Below are positions 10,763-21,226 of a stretch of DNA of 64,000 nt, piece by piece. The stretch lies in assembly GCA_040285825.1 (NCBI GenBank), contig JAUPSS010000005.1, positions 1,302,001-1,366,000 on the forward strand. Direction: 5' to 3'. Each line of letters starts with the position of its first letter. Within the stretch, counting starts at the first letter, position 1. The notes under the pieces were generated by a model, which made no database searches, was not told where the DNA came from, and worked only from the letters and a program-made list of their open reading frames with translations. A program made the translations under genes and the position numbers. The DNA is from Eukaryota sp. TZLM1-RC (taxonomy: Eukaryota; Protista; Metamonada: BaSk clade).

Positions 10763-11699
10763 TTGCTAGTTTAGTTTTCTTTTCTAATTAAATTATAAAT
10801 AAAATTTCTGATTTTTTTACTGTGTTGGTTGTCCGTCACATTAAGAACAAAGTTTATTCACAAAGTATTTTCCCAATGGTAAAACCAAGAAGTTACCCTG
10901 TATAATGTTCCATGCTAGTTTAGATATAGAGTATCAAGAGAAATTTCCATATGTACACGATCTATTTTCGTGCGAAATAATTACAGAAATTATCAACTAC
11001 ACAGATACTGAGGTCTTTCCTTACGATTAATTCTAGCTTCAGCAATTGCAAACATATTTTACTTATTTTACTGCAATATTAAATATATTGTCATATTATC
11101 ATCGCTGGCGCTGATGATTGTTGGACCAAAGATTTGGAAGCTACTGGATTGAAAATATAAATTATAAACATAATCATCAAACTGAACATTATCAAAATAA
11201 CAATTTAAGACAAAACATCCCACATTTAAAATGGGAATACCTAAACCACAAAAATCAACAAATTTACAAACATCAAAATAACAACATTTCAAAACCAAAC
11301 ACAAATGAAACAGTAGACTAAGCTTTTCTTCAACATCCCCAAAAAACGTCAAATTAACAGAGAAGGGGTTAACTGCTTACTTCTGCACCTTTCTGCAGTC
11401 CTATTTTTTTGGAAAAGAAATTACCTACTTTTAACAAAATGGTGGAAGAAGAGGTTGCTCTGTGTTTGACGTTTAGTGGGGTAAGATAATTGATATTTCA
11501 AGGAAGTTCAATGACAAATATTGTTAGTCGTGAAATAGTGGGGTTGTTTGAAGCATATTTCTGTTATTGAGTTTTGAATTACTGTTCACGACAATAGGTT
11601 TATATATAAATTGAACGTAACTTTTTTTATCTTAGTATCTCGACTTAAGGCTACAATGATTATTGGACTTATTTGTGTCAGTAGGTATATAGCGTAGTA

Positions 11700-12860
11700 A
11701 CAGCCAGCACCTTACTAACACCTTAGTCAACAGTAGTCAACACATGTCAAACATCTCACAGCGTGATACTCCTGACATTTCCTAAACATTTAATAACATG
11801 TAGCAAAGAGACAAGGATAGCGAGTTTTCGGACCAAGCTCCCACTTCCTTCTTCAATAAACAACCAGTCGAAAGAGTGAACGAGGTACCTCCTTTTTTGA
11901 AGTAGGTGCTCTCAAAAGAACAGGCGCGGATCCGAATACCACCTCTCCTTCTGACCCAAATTTGGTTAAAAAAGAAACTAAAACGCACTTGACACTTTCT
12001 CCCCCTAAACGCAAAATCTAATAAGGAAACGGATGGAAATCCCACCTTACATACATCAACCACTCTAGACGAGTATGATGAATTTCTTGCTCAACTAGAT
12101 AACATGAAAGGGAAAAATGACACCAGTGAGGAATTCTGCAAGTTCATAAAAGAAGATGCGGAGATTCACCTCAAATAAACAAATCTCTGTCTGCTTTCTC
12201 CTTTGTAAAGATCACCTCAAAAACGAGAGAGAAACGTCGGTTTCTAGACCCTCGGTTCGTTGATAATACCCAATAAATATCAATGATTCTTCTAAACGAG
12301 AGGAACAAACTTATCAAAGCTCTTGACAAACTGACCAGAAAGACTTACGGACGAAGCGCAGAAAATTGTCACAGAAATTCTGGAATGGACAAACGGATCA
12401 AAGAGACTATGCCCATACCTATCATAGATAAAATTGATTGAAAGGCCTCTCACTTGGACCAGTTTATATAGGCGTATACGGATACTTGCCATTGAGCAGA
12501 GAAGTAGGACTGACTGTGAGGACATCCTACTATCCAAATTGCTTGCCTAGTTTGATTCCAGGTTCGCCACTACTAATAATTAAACGGAGCTAACAGAGGA
12601 AGCTCTCACTTACTTCAGAGGTCGGAAGCGGACAAGCTTATACCAATATCCCCTTGGTTTGACGCTAATTCCTTAGATAATAAACACACGGAACGATTTA
12701 GTGTATCTACGTATAGACAGCGTTTGAAATAATTGGATTGGCAATAAGTTGCTTCGAATAAATACTACACTTAGTAGTATTGATCCATCTGTAGCTTTTT
12801 CCTTCTCACTTATGCCTCTTGCACATGATCGAAAGACATTTTGCAACTCCTTTTTCAATC
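11700..12860 (+). pseudogene. Decayed ORF region, possibly gag-like, from another LTR element
   Basis: GC and codon style resemble 4992-6277. Broken plus-strand frames start near ATG 11744. No diagnostic motif. Confidence 0.3.
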
Positions 12861-13211
12861 TTTCAAATCCCCAATTACAAATGAAAATCTTGAGTTGGAG
12901 TTGTTCCTAAGGTCCAACTGGTCTTTATGTGACATCGCAAGTTTTGTGCTTTTTGTACCCAAAAATGGAGTGAAGATGATGATGTGTGTTGAGTAATGTC
13001 AAATGTTTCTTAGTCTATTGTTTTTACGTGTTAAATTCCAGTGCCTTTGTTTTGTATTGCTCACCAATAATTGGTAATTTAAATTGGATGGTAATTTTTT
13101 TCTGAACCAGCGCTACAAAAAACAGCTCCCCTTCAACCTTCTCAAGGGACTAGTCGTTCTGATAGACAAATGAGTTTAGAGAACCTCCAATTCTCTAGAT
13201 GGGCTATTGAC

Positions 13212-13776
13212 ATGAGCATAGCCAGCAATATTCAGAGACAAGTTGATCCTCGGTTTAAAAATATCAATTACAAAACACCTCGATTATATGAAAACGACAA
13301 AATCAATAAAATGTCCATAATATCCTTATTATTGAAGTGTGAGACATGAAATAAATAAGGGCGTAAAATTTCTAATAGAAGCTTTGAATCCCAAGGACTG
13401 TCAGATTGGACTTGAGACTAGTTGATAGCTACTAAGTTATTTGAAGAAGGGGAGACACAACTGACACTAGCAAGAGTTAGAGACCTCCCTCCACATATAC
13501 AAAACGAGATCACAAAAGACATTACTCATCCTTTGGTTAGAATTGACCCATCTAGAAGAGATAAGGTCTGGCCTCCAACTCACCGTAACTCTCTGTTTAG
13601 AATCATGATGATGAGTACGTGGTCTACCAGTATTTCCAGTATAATAGACCCTAGCCTTCTATCAAAATGGCAAAGTCAAGGCTCACTCGGAGTCGATTAC
13701 ACCGACGCCGACGTCATGGTATTTCTTTTAAAAGAAACGCAATTTACCTCCTATCACGAGGCTTGTACGGTCTTAT
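13212..13776 (+). pseudogene. Repeated decayed ORF fragment (gag-like, uncertain); partial copies at 18020-18290, 55017-55495 and 56090-56362
   Basis: Frame MSIASNIQRQVDP...IATKLFEEG...VMVFLLKETQF with stops. It is clearly multicopy in this window. The gag identity is inference. Confidence 0.5.
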
Positions 13777-13857
13777 AATGGTAAATTTGATGAGTTTCTG
13801 TAGATCCAGTTTCATCATTTGGTCAATTTTTTCAGAAATTAAATTCAACTTATCAAT

Positions 13858-15951
13858 AATATCGTATTTATTGAATTTGCACACTTGATTAAATTAAATC
13901 ATAACTAATGGGACGACTATCATTAAACCAAGATTTCCTCTACAAAATCTTGATTTGCTTGCTGTCTAGCTAAAGCTTCTCTAATTCGATTGAAAAACCG
14001 CGGTAATCTATTAATAATGGCAAATTGAATTTGTGAACGCCATAAAAAAATATCAAATCTTTTCATTGTTTTTTGTTTTACCATTTTTTGGAAGTCATCC
14101 AAAAAAGTTTCTGCTTCAACTGATAATCTTCCATTTATCGAAAATGGGAAAGCAATAAAAACCAGCTGTGTATTTCTATCGACATTTGCATCTTCAATTT
14201 CTTTATCATATTTTCTATGTTTTTCTTTTGCTTTAAAATCCAGAGCAGCCACAGGATTAAGTTTTCGTCTGTGAACCAAAGTATCGTTTGCAACATTACA
14301 TGAGACAAAGTCAACAATAGCTTCAGAATTATCAATCCAATCACAGTATACATCACCTATAGCATCAGAACCAAAACTATTCAGAGAAAATGTTTACTTC
14401 AGCAGAGGCTCTTTGATACACGATATCCTTACAGTTTGTGTCATATTGAAAACAGTGTATCTAACAGTATCATGTAATGAAGAACAATAAGTTATCAATT
14501 TAGAGCAATTTAGAGCATGGCGCAAAGTGAGTTGAGGTGAATTCGAACAAATACATTTTTCTTTTGATAATAATTGGTTAATGGGGATGTTCAAATATAA
14601 TCTCATTTTTGTTACAAATGCTTCATTAGTGGCACACAATCCAAATCTTCGTGGTACAATGGTTACAAAAAGTGAAGAATCCGACGCCTTGTTTTCACAA
14701 ACACCCTTTTCCAATAACAATGAGTGAAGATCTTGATTTAAAACAGCCGAGCTGCAAATATTATTGTAAAGATCTTTTTCATACATTCCAGTCAATCTTT
14801 TCTGTAATGTTCGAAGAGTGTACTTCAAATTTAAAACATTTTTTTCTGGAATATTGCCATTGAATGGTTGGGGAAAACATCGACCCCATTTTTCTACATC
14901 AATTCTTGAAATTTCTTCATTTAATTCAAAAACAGTGGAACTTTGCGTTGTCATCAATAAATCTTCCCATTCTGCAAATCTTTCGGAAAACTCAAAGATT
15001 GCATTTCTGCATCCACCAACAAAAGCATACGAGGTAAGAATAGAAGCCTTCGTCCACCCTAAACCACCATAATGTGGACTAAGGTAAGCATGATCTGGAA
15101 TTTGAAACATTTTACATCCCAGTAATTGAGACAGAACTTTTGCACGCAATTCATTAAACTTCTGAGCCAAAGGTCTGGTGACGAGAGGATTTGTAGATCG
15201 AAATATATGATTAAAATTGGAACTAAAACACAGTCTTACAATGGTAAATTTGATGTGTTTTTGTATATCTAAATTCATCATTCGGTCAATTTTGTCAGAA
15301 GTTGAGTTCAACTTTTCAAACAATTTTTTGGTAATTTCACCATTATTTCCTAAAAACGAACCCAAATGACGAATAGCATCAATTGAATATAATTTGGCTT
15401 GAATTTCAATACCATCAACTATTGTGGAAACTGGAGAATTCGATAACAAAACACATTTAAATAAATTAAGTCGGAGACCAATTTTGGTAAATAATTCTTT
15501 AAAACATGCAGTTGCTTTTTTCACAATATTTAAATCACCAATAAGCACAACATCATCCATATATGCAATCATTTTTAGTGAAGGAAGCATCTCTTGAATT
15601 TGCAGTAGAATAGGATGAATGGCCAAACAAAACAAAAGAGGTCCTAACGGATCTCCTTGCTTTACGCCACTTGATGAACTCAAAATGTTGTTACCAAAAT
15701 GTAAATTAGAATATGTGCAATATGTTGATTGAAAATATGGTATTAATTCCGGCATATATTGCAATAGAGCACCATGGATACTGCGACGACTTAGTGAATT
15801 GAAAGCATTACTAAAAGCCAATGACATGCAAACATTGGATTCATTTTGACGAAATAAGACATCAGTAGCAAAAATCGCTGAAGAGACTCCATCTGTAGTA
15901 TTTATACCATATTGAAAGGGTAATAAAATCTTTTTAGCTTTTTCATTGAAC
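13858..15951 (-). mobile_element. 5'-truncated family A CRE-like element (dead)
   Basis: ORFs 14394-15827 (RT: GVKQGDPLGP, AYMDD; first catalytic Asp changed, LAFSNAF) and 13923-14279. Premature TAA at 14394-14396. Confidence 0.93.
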
Positions 15952-15962
15952 TTATTAATTGA

Positions 15963-16612
15963 ATTGCTCTAAATTGATAACTTATCGTTCTTCATTACAT
16001 GATGCTGTTAGATACACTGTTTTCAATATGGCAAAAACTGCAAGAATATCGTGTATCAAAGAGCCTCTGCTGAAGGAAACACTTTCTCGGAATAATTGTG
16101 GTTCTCATGACAGAGGTGATGTGTAATGTGATTGTATTGATAATTCTGAAGCTATTGTTGACTTTGTCTCATGTAATGTTGCAAATGATACTTTGGTTCA
16201 CATAAGAAAACTTAATCCTGTGGCTGCTCTGGATTATAAAGCAAAAGAGAAACATAGAAAATGTGATAAAGATATTGACGAGGCTAATGTCGATAGAAAT
16301 ACACAGCTGGTTTTTATTGCCTTCCCATTTTCGATAAATGGGAGATTATCAGTTGAAGCAGAAACTTTTTTGAATGACTTCCAAAAAATGGTGAAAGAAA
16401 AAACAATGAGAAGATTTGATATATTTTTATGGCGATCACGGAATCCATTTGCCAATATTCATAGATTACCTCGGTTTTTCAATCGAATAAGAGAAGCATT
16501 AGCTAGACAGCAAGCAGATCAAGATTTTGTAGAGGAAATCTTGGTTCAATGATAGTCGATCAATTAGTTATGAGTTAATTTAATTAAGTGTGCAAATTCA
16601 ATAAATAAATAT
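15963..16612 (+). mobile_element. Family A 3' fragment (EILVQ* subfamily), back-to-back with the preceding copy
   Basis: RLE region plus 3' UTR ending caataaataaata. Confidence 0.88.
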
Positions 16613-16972
16613 ACTATCAAACAATTCTTTGGTAACTTCATCATTATTTCCCAAAAATGAACCCAATTGACGAATAGCATCAGTTGAATATAACTTGGCT
16701 TGAATTTCAATACCATCAACTATAATTGAAACTGGAGATTTTGAAAGTAAAACACATTTAACTATGTTGAGTCGAAGGCCAATTATTTTTATCTATTTAT
16801 TTTATTTTTTTATTGTTAAATCATTCTTTGAAACAAAAAGTCATTTCTTTGACAATCGTTAAGTCACCAATTAAAACAACATCATCCATATAAGCAATCA
16901 TATTGAAGGAAAGAAACATTGCTTTAATTTGTAATAAAATGGATAACTGGCCAGACAAAGCAAAAGAGGTTC
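16613..16972 (-). mobile_element. Old decayed family A RT fragment, continuous with 13778-13857; it is the host of the 13858-16612 insertions
   Basis: Collinear with 15241-15645 once the insertions are removed. Second copy at 56365-56444 + 59207-59625. Confidence 0.8.
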
Positions 16973-17040
16973 TAATAATTAACTACCCGTTTCTGATTTA
17001 TTCGTAGTTCATTACTTAATGCCTGCCTATACTGAACCAA

Positions 17041-17606
17041 TAATTGATTGTTTCTACATGAATACCTATAGGGACATGAAATTAAACCTTTTTCGAGGTT
17101 GACCATATAACCATTTAAAACAGTTGTTATTTCACCATATTCACAATTAGCAAATTTTGGGCACTTGACACAACTTGTCTCATCATCAAATTCAGATTTT
17201 GGACAAATACAGTGACTAAAATTTGAAGAACCAATTGTTTTGGTAATTTTGTACAGTGGACAATTGATACATTGTCCTAGCAAAGGATTATCCAAATGAT
17301 AACCCAATGGACAAGGTTCACATTCCCCTACAGATCCAAGAACTGTTCTTGGCTTACAGTGACATTCGTTATTTAAATAAGATCTAGTTGAATCACAGTC
17401 GTTCATGGTAAGCTCAATTGAAGCAAAATTTGTTTGATAAGAAACTAATATTTCAATATCAACCAATGGTAAGCCAGGGATTTTTAATTCACTTGAACTT
17501 GACACATGGTGGGTACTCACTAAGTCATGGAATGATTCAATTTTAATTAAACTGAGTATTTGGGTGTAATTAATCAGTATATCTTGTGTTTTTAGGGTTA
17601 AGTTAA
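17041..17606 (-). pseudogene. Fragment of the giant surface-protein gene (Cys-rich region)
   Basis: ORF 16972-17520 closely matches the CHCKP..CEPCPLGY..CICP..CVKCP region at 39940-40505 and 60800-61370. Confidence 0.9.
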
Positions 17607-18302
17607 GCCATCTATAAAAACAACATCATCTATATATGCAATCATATTTAAAGAAAAAAACATTGCTTGATTTTGTAATTAAATGGATGAATGGCCAGAA
17701 AAAAAAGTGGTCCTAAAAGATTTCCTTGCTGAACAGCACACGATGATTTCAACATAGAATTTGCTTTCAGTTGAATCGTTGGGTAGTTGAGATTTTGAAA
17801 GAAAAAACACTATATGCTCATTCATTAAGAACTACTTATGATTGTTTTAAGTTGTCAGGTTTAAATATGTGCAGAATTGTGGAATTGCAGATCTACGTCT
17901 TTTTTTGACTGGGGTTGTAGTTAGAAATGCTGTGGTGTTGTTTTTTATCATAAATTTGTTTATTGATTTCAACCCATCAGAGAATGTCATTGCACAAAGC
18001 ACACAAATGAATGAAAAAACGAGATCACAAAAGACATTACTAATCTTTTGGTTAGGTATGACCCAGCTAGAAGAGATAAGGTCGGACCTCCAACTCACCA
18101 TTACTCTCTGTTTAGAATCATGATGATGAGTACGTGCCCTACCAGTATTTCCAGTATGATAGACCCTAGCCTTCTATCAAAATGGCAAAGTCAAGACTCA
18201 CTCGGAGTCGATTAAACCGACGCCGACGTCATGGTATTTCAATTAAAAGAAACGCAATTTACCTCCTATCACGAGACTTGTGCGGTCTTATATTGGTAAA
18301 TT
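17445..18302. repeat. ~850-bp composite direct repeat (surface-gene piece + RT piece + TM-like repeat + gag-like piece); second copy at 55522-56372
   Basis: Near-identical sequence with the same internal junctions. Confidence 0.9.
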
Positions 18303-19140
18303 TTATGTAATTTCACCATTATTTCCTAAAAACAAACCCAAATGACGAATAGCATCAATTGAATATAATTTGGCTTGAATTTCAATACCATCAACTATTG
18401 TGGAAACTGGAGAATTCGATAACAAAACACATTTAAATAAATTAAGTCGGAGACCAATTTTGGTAAATAATTCTTTAAAACATGCAGTTGCTTTTTTCAC
18501 AATATTTAAATCACCAATAAGCACAACATCATCCATATATGCAATCATTTTTAGTGAAGGAAGCATCTCTTGAATTAAACCTTTTTCGAGGTTGACCATA
18601 TAACCATTTAAAACAGTTGTTATTTCACCATATTCACAATTAGCAAATTTTGGGCACTTGACACAACTTGTCTCATCATCAAATTCAGATTTTGGACAAA
18701 TACAGTGACTAAAATTTGAAGAACCAATTGTTTTGGTAATTTTGTACAGTGGACAATTGATACATTGTCCTAGCAAAGGATTATCCAAATGATAACCCAA
18801 TGGACAAGGTTCACATTCCCCTACAGATCCAAGAACTGTTCTTGGCTTACAGTGACATTCGTTATTTAAATAAGATCTAGTTGAATCACAGTCGTTCATG
18901 GTAAGCTCAATTGAAGCAAAATTTGTTTGATAAGAAACTAATATTTCAATATCAACCAATGGTAAGCCAGGGATTTTTAATTCACTTGAACTTGACACAT
19001 GGTGGGTACTCACTAAGTCATGGAATGATTCAACTTCACATAAACTGAGTGTTTGGGTATTATTAATCAGTATATCTGGTGTTTCAGAATTAAATTGAGC
19101 TTAATAATGACGCAACTGGAATGAAACAGGTTTGAACGAC
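18303..19140 (-). pseudogene. Chimeric ORF: Cys-rich surface-protein fragment fused in frame to the family A RT YMDD segment
   Basis: ORF 18303-19013 reads ...GYMVNLEKGLI|QEMLPSLKMIAYMDD.... 18574-19033 matches 17081-17540, and 18308-18573 is nearly identical to 15331-15600. Confidence 0.9.
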
Positions 19141-19423
19141 TACATGATGATGTATAAGACGATGACATTATTATAATCATTAGAAGATTCATGAACGTTG
19201 TGTTTACAAAGAATATTCAAGGACTGTGTATGTGTAGGTTGGAAAAACATGGACAAACGTTTCCTAGAAAAAGCGAAATAAGTGAGACTAAGCTTAACTA
19301 TAACCAAATTTATATGGGAAATCATTCTGAAAACAAAAACATAACTAAGAAACAAAAACATAAATTATTGAGTAGCATCAACAACAGAAAATGACCAGAA
19401 TCGCACAAAAATCACGCTAAATT

Positions 19424-21223
19424 CTAAACTTCTCCAACAAAATTGGGCAAATTTGGATAAATTGGCTCTCTCTCTGATTGTACTGAATTCTGCTTCTGTT
19501 TTTTCAAAGCTGGAAGTACCACAGGTGGTACGAATGTGACCGGTTTTTTTGGTAAAAGTGGTGATTGCTGCTTCAATGAAGAACCATTGACCAAACTCTT
19601 TGTATTTTGATCAATTAATTTCGACTTATCGGCAGATTTCAGTGGTTTTAATGAAATTCCACTGAATGATGAATGATTATTTTCATCTTCATCGTGTCGT
19701 GATAAGCTCGGTAATTGGGTCGCAGGTTTAGAATAAAGTGGCAACATTGTGTCACTCTGTTTCAAATTTGATGGTGATTTTGATTGGCCATTATTGAGAT
19801 TCTGGACACTATCCTTTGCCTTACGGGTAAAAAAGAAATACAATACTAAAACAAGTAACAAAACGACAACCCCAATCAAAATGTAGCTTCTGTAACCAAA
19901 ATTTGCTCTGTCCTGAACTTGATTATCAACAATATCCTTTGTATCATCATTATCAGGAAGTTTGTCAATAGAGAATTCGATACCCGCCTGTGCAAAGAAA
20001 TCAGCATCAACCAACAAAATATAGGTTCCAGTTGGTCCTTCAAAGACAATATCAACTAAAATTTGCTGCTTTGAAAAATCAATAATATTTGTGTAAACCT
20101 CCACGGAAGCATTTGATTTGATGAAAAATTCCAATTGGTTAGAATAATCTTCGTCAAAAATGATGAATTGTCTAAAATAATCCATTATAGCAACAACCAG
20201 TGTTCTATTCAGAGCTGTTGAATCTGCTTCCATCCAGGCAAGACTTAATGCAAAACCATTAGTAGCTACGTCGTTTCCCCATTGGTTAGCCATACAGTTA
20301 TGGAAATTATTGCTCAAAACATCAATGAACGATTCATTAAAATTGTGAACAAAATTCAAAAAGTTTATAAACATAGCACCCCCAGCTCTGTTGGCTTGGT
20401 TATCAATAAAACTGTTGTTATTGATTGTAACATTTAAGTTGTATAAATCATCTTGAATATACAGTGATCCACCATCATGGGTTGCAAAAGAGTTGATGAA
20501 AAAATTGTCCTCACAAATGAAATTCAATGGACTAAATACAGATATACATCCACCAAAGGAGCCAATGTTACTTTCAAAAATATTATAATTATATAATAAA
20601 CTATTGGTCGATTGTTCTAGAATTATTGGGCTGAGAGGTGATTCATTGTGTTTGAAAGTACATTGCTCCAATTCGAAAGTTGAGCCATTAATGCAATGAA
20701 TTAGAACTCCATAATTATCAGTAACAGTACATTCCTTGATTAGAAGGGTACAACCAGAGCAGAGCAACAATGGTACTGTATTATTGAAGTCTGTATAAAA
20801 ATTTGTCAAAGAACTGTTTTGTAAAAGAATTTTGCTTTGATGAAATTCCAAAGCAGAATAGTCGTCTGACAACGTAACGTTATCAAAAGTACAAGAATAA
20901 AATTCCAAATTACTTTCTACGGAATGAAATAGTGGTACATTTGAATTAGCAAAAACCAACTCATTCAGGATGTAATCTGACTGAAAAGATCTGACCACTC
21001 CCTTTTTAAGTAACAAATTTTCATTAAACACAAGGCCAGCTAGGTCAATTTGAGAACTCTTGGATTCAATAAAATAAAATCCATGGTAATGATGATTTGT
21101 ATTGTTCGAGAAATTACTTAGTGATACTACAGAATCATTGAAATTGTAAATGCTATCATCGAAATAACAGTTATCAATGATGAAAGTGTCCATTTGAACA
21201 ACTGAACTGTGAGCAGTCAACAA
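19424..21223 (-). CDS. C-terminal part of the giant surface protein: Pmp-like beta-helix, single TM helix, cytoplasmic tail
   Basis: FxxN/GG(A/C/S)(I/L/M) repeats (FESNIGSFGGCI, ATHDGGSLYI, FIDNQANRAGGAMFI), TM YILIGVVVLLLVLVLYFFF-TRK and an S/K/P-rich tail. Same frame as 21227-45226, separated by one TAA. Confidence 0.8.
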   Translation of the reverse strand: MLTAHSSVVQMDTFIIDNCYFDDSIYNFNDSVVSLSNFSNNTNHHYHGFYFIESKSSQIDLAGLVFNENLLLKKGVVRSFQSDYILNELVFANSNVPLFHSVESNLEFYSCTFDNVTLSDDYSALEFHQSKILLQNSSLTNFYTDFNNTVPLLLCSGCTLLIKECTVTDNYGVLIHCINGSTFELEQCTFKHNESPLSPIILEQSTNSLLYNYNIFESNIGSFGGCISVFSPLNFICEDNFFINSFATHDGGSLYIQDDLYNLNVTINNNSFIDNQANRAGGAMFINFLNFVHNFNESFIDVLSNNFHNCMANQWGNDVATNGFALSLAWMEADSTALNRTLVVAIMDYFRQFIIFDEDYSNQLEFFIKSNASVEVYTNIIDFSKQQILVDIVFEGPTGTYILLVDADFFAQAGIEFSIDKLPDNDDTKDIVDNQVQDRANFGYRSYILIGVVVLLLVLVLYFFFTRKAKDSVQNLNNGQSKSPSNLKQSDTMLPLYSKPATQLPSLSRHDEDENNHSSFSGISLKPLKSADKSKLIDQNTKSLVNGSSLKQQSPLLPKKPVTFVPPVVLPALKKQKQNSVQSEREPIYPNLPNFVGEV

Positions 21224-21226
21224 TGA

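Noticed and set aside
11068-11352. Small ORFs at 11068-11352 and 11118-11321
   Set aside because: Low-complexity with no motif. Possibly a decayed surface-gene fragment, but this cannot be supported.
11520-11702. Possible LTR (TGTT...TAACA) upstream of the decayed ORF region
   Set aside because: There is no second copy, TSD or PBS in the window.
13858-16612. Twin-priming inversion of a single element
   Set aside because: Both halves carry their own 3' terminus, overlap in element coordinates and belong to different subfamilies.
16972-19013. Diversity-generating retroelement (RT next to template/variable repeats)
   Set aside because: The RT is non-LTR CRE-type and dead, and differences between the Cys-rich copies are not adenine-restricted by eye.
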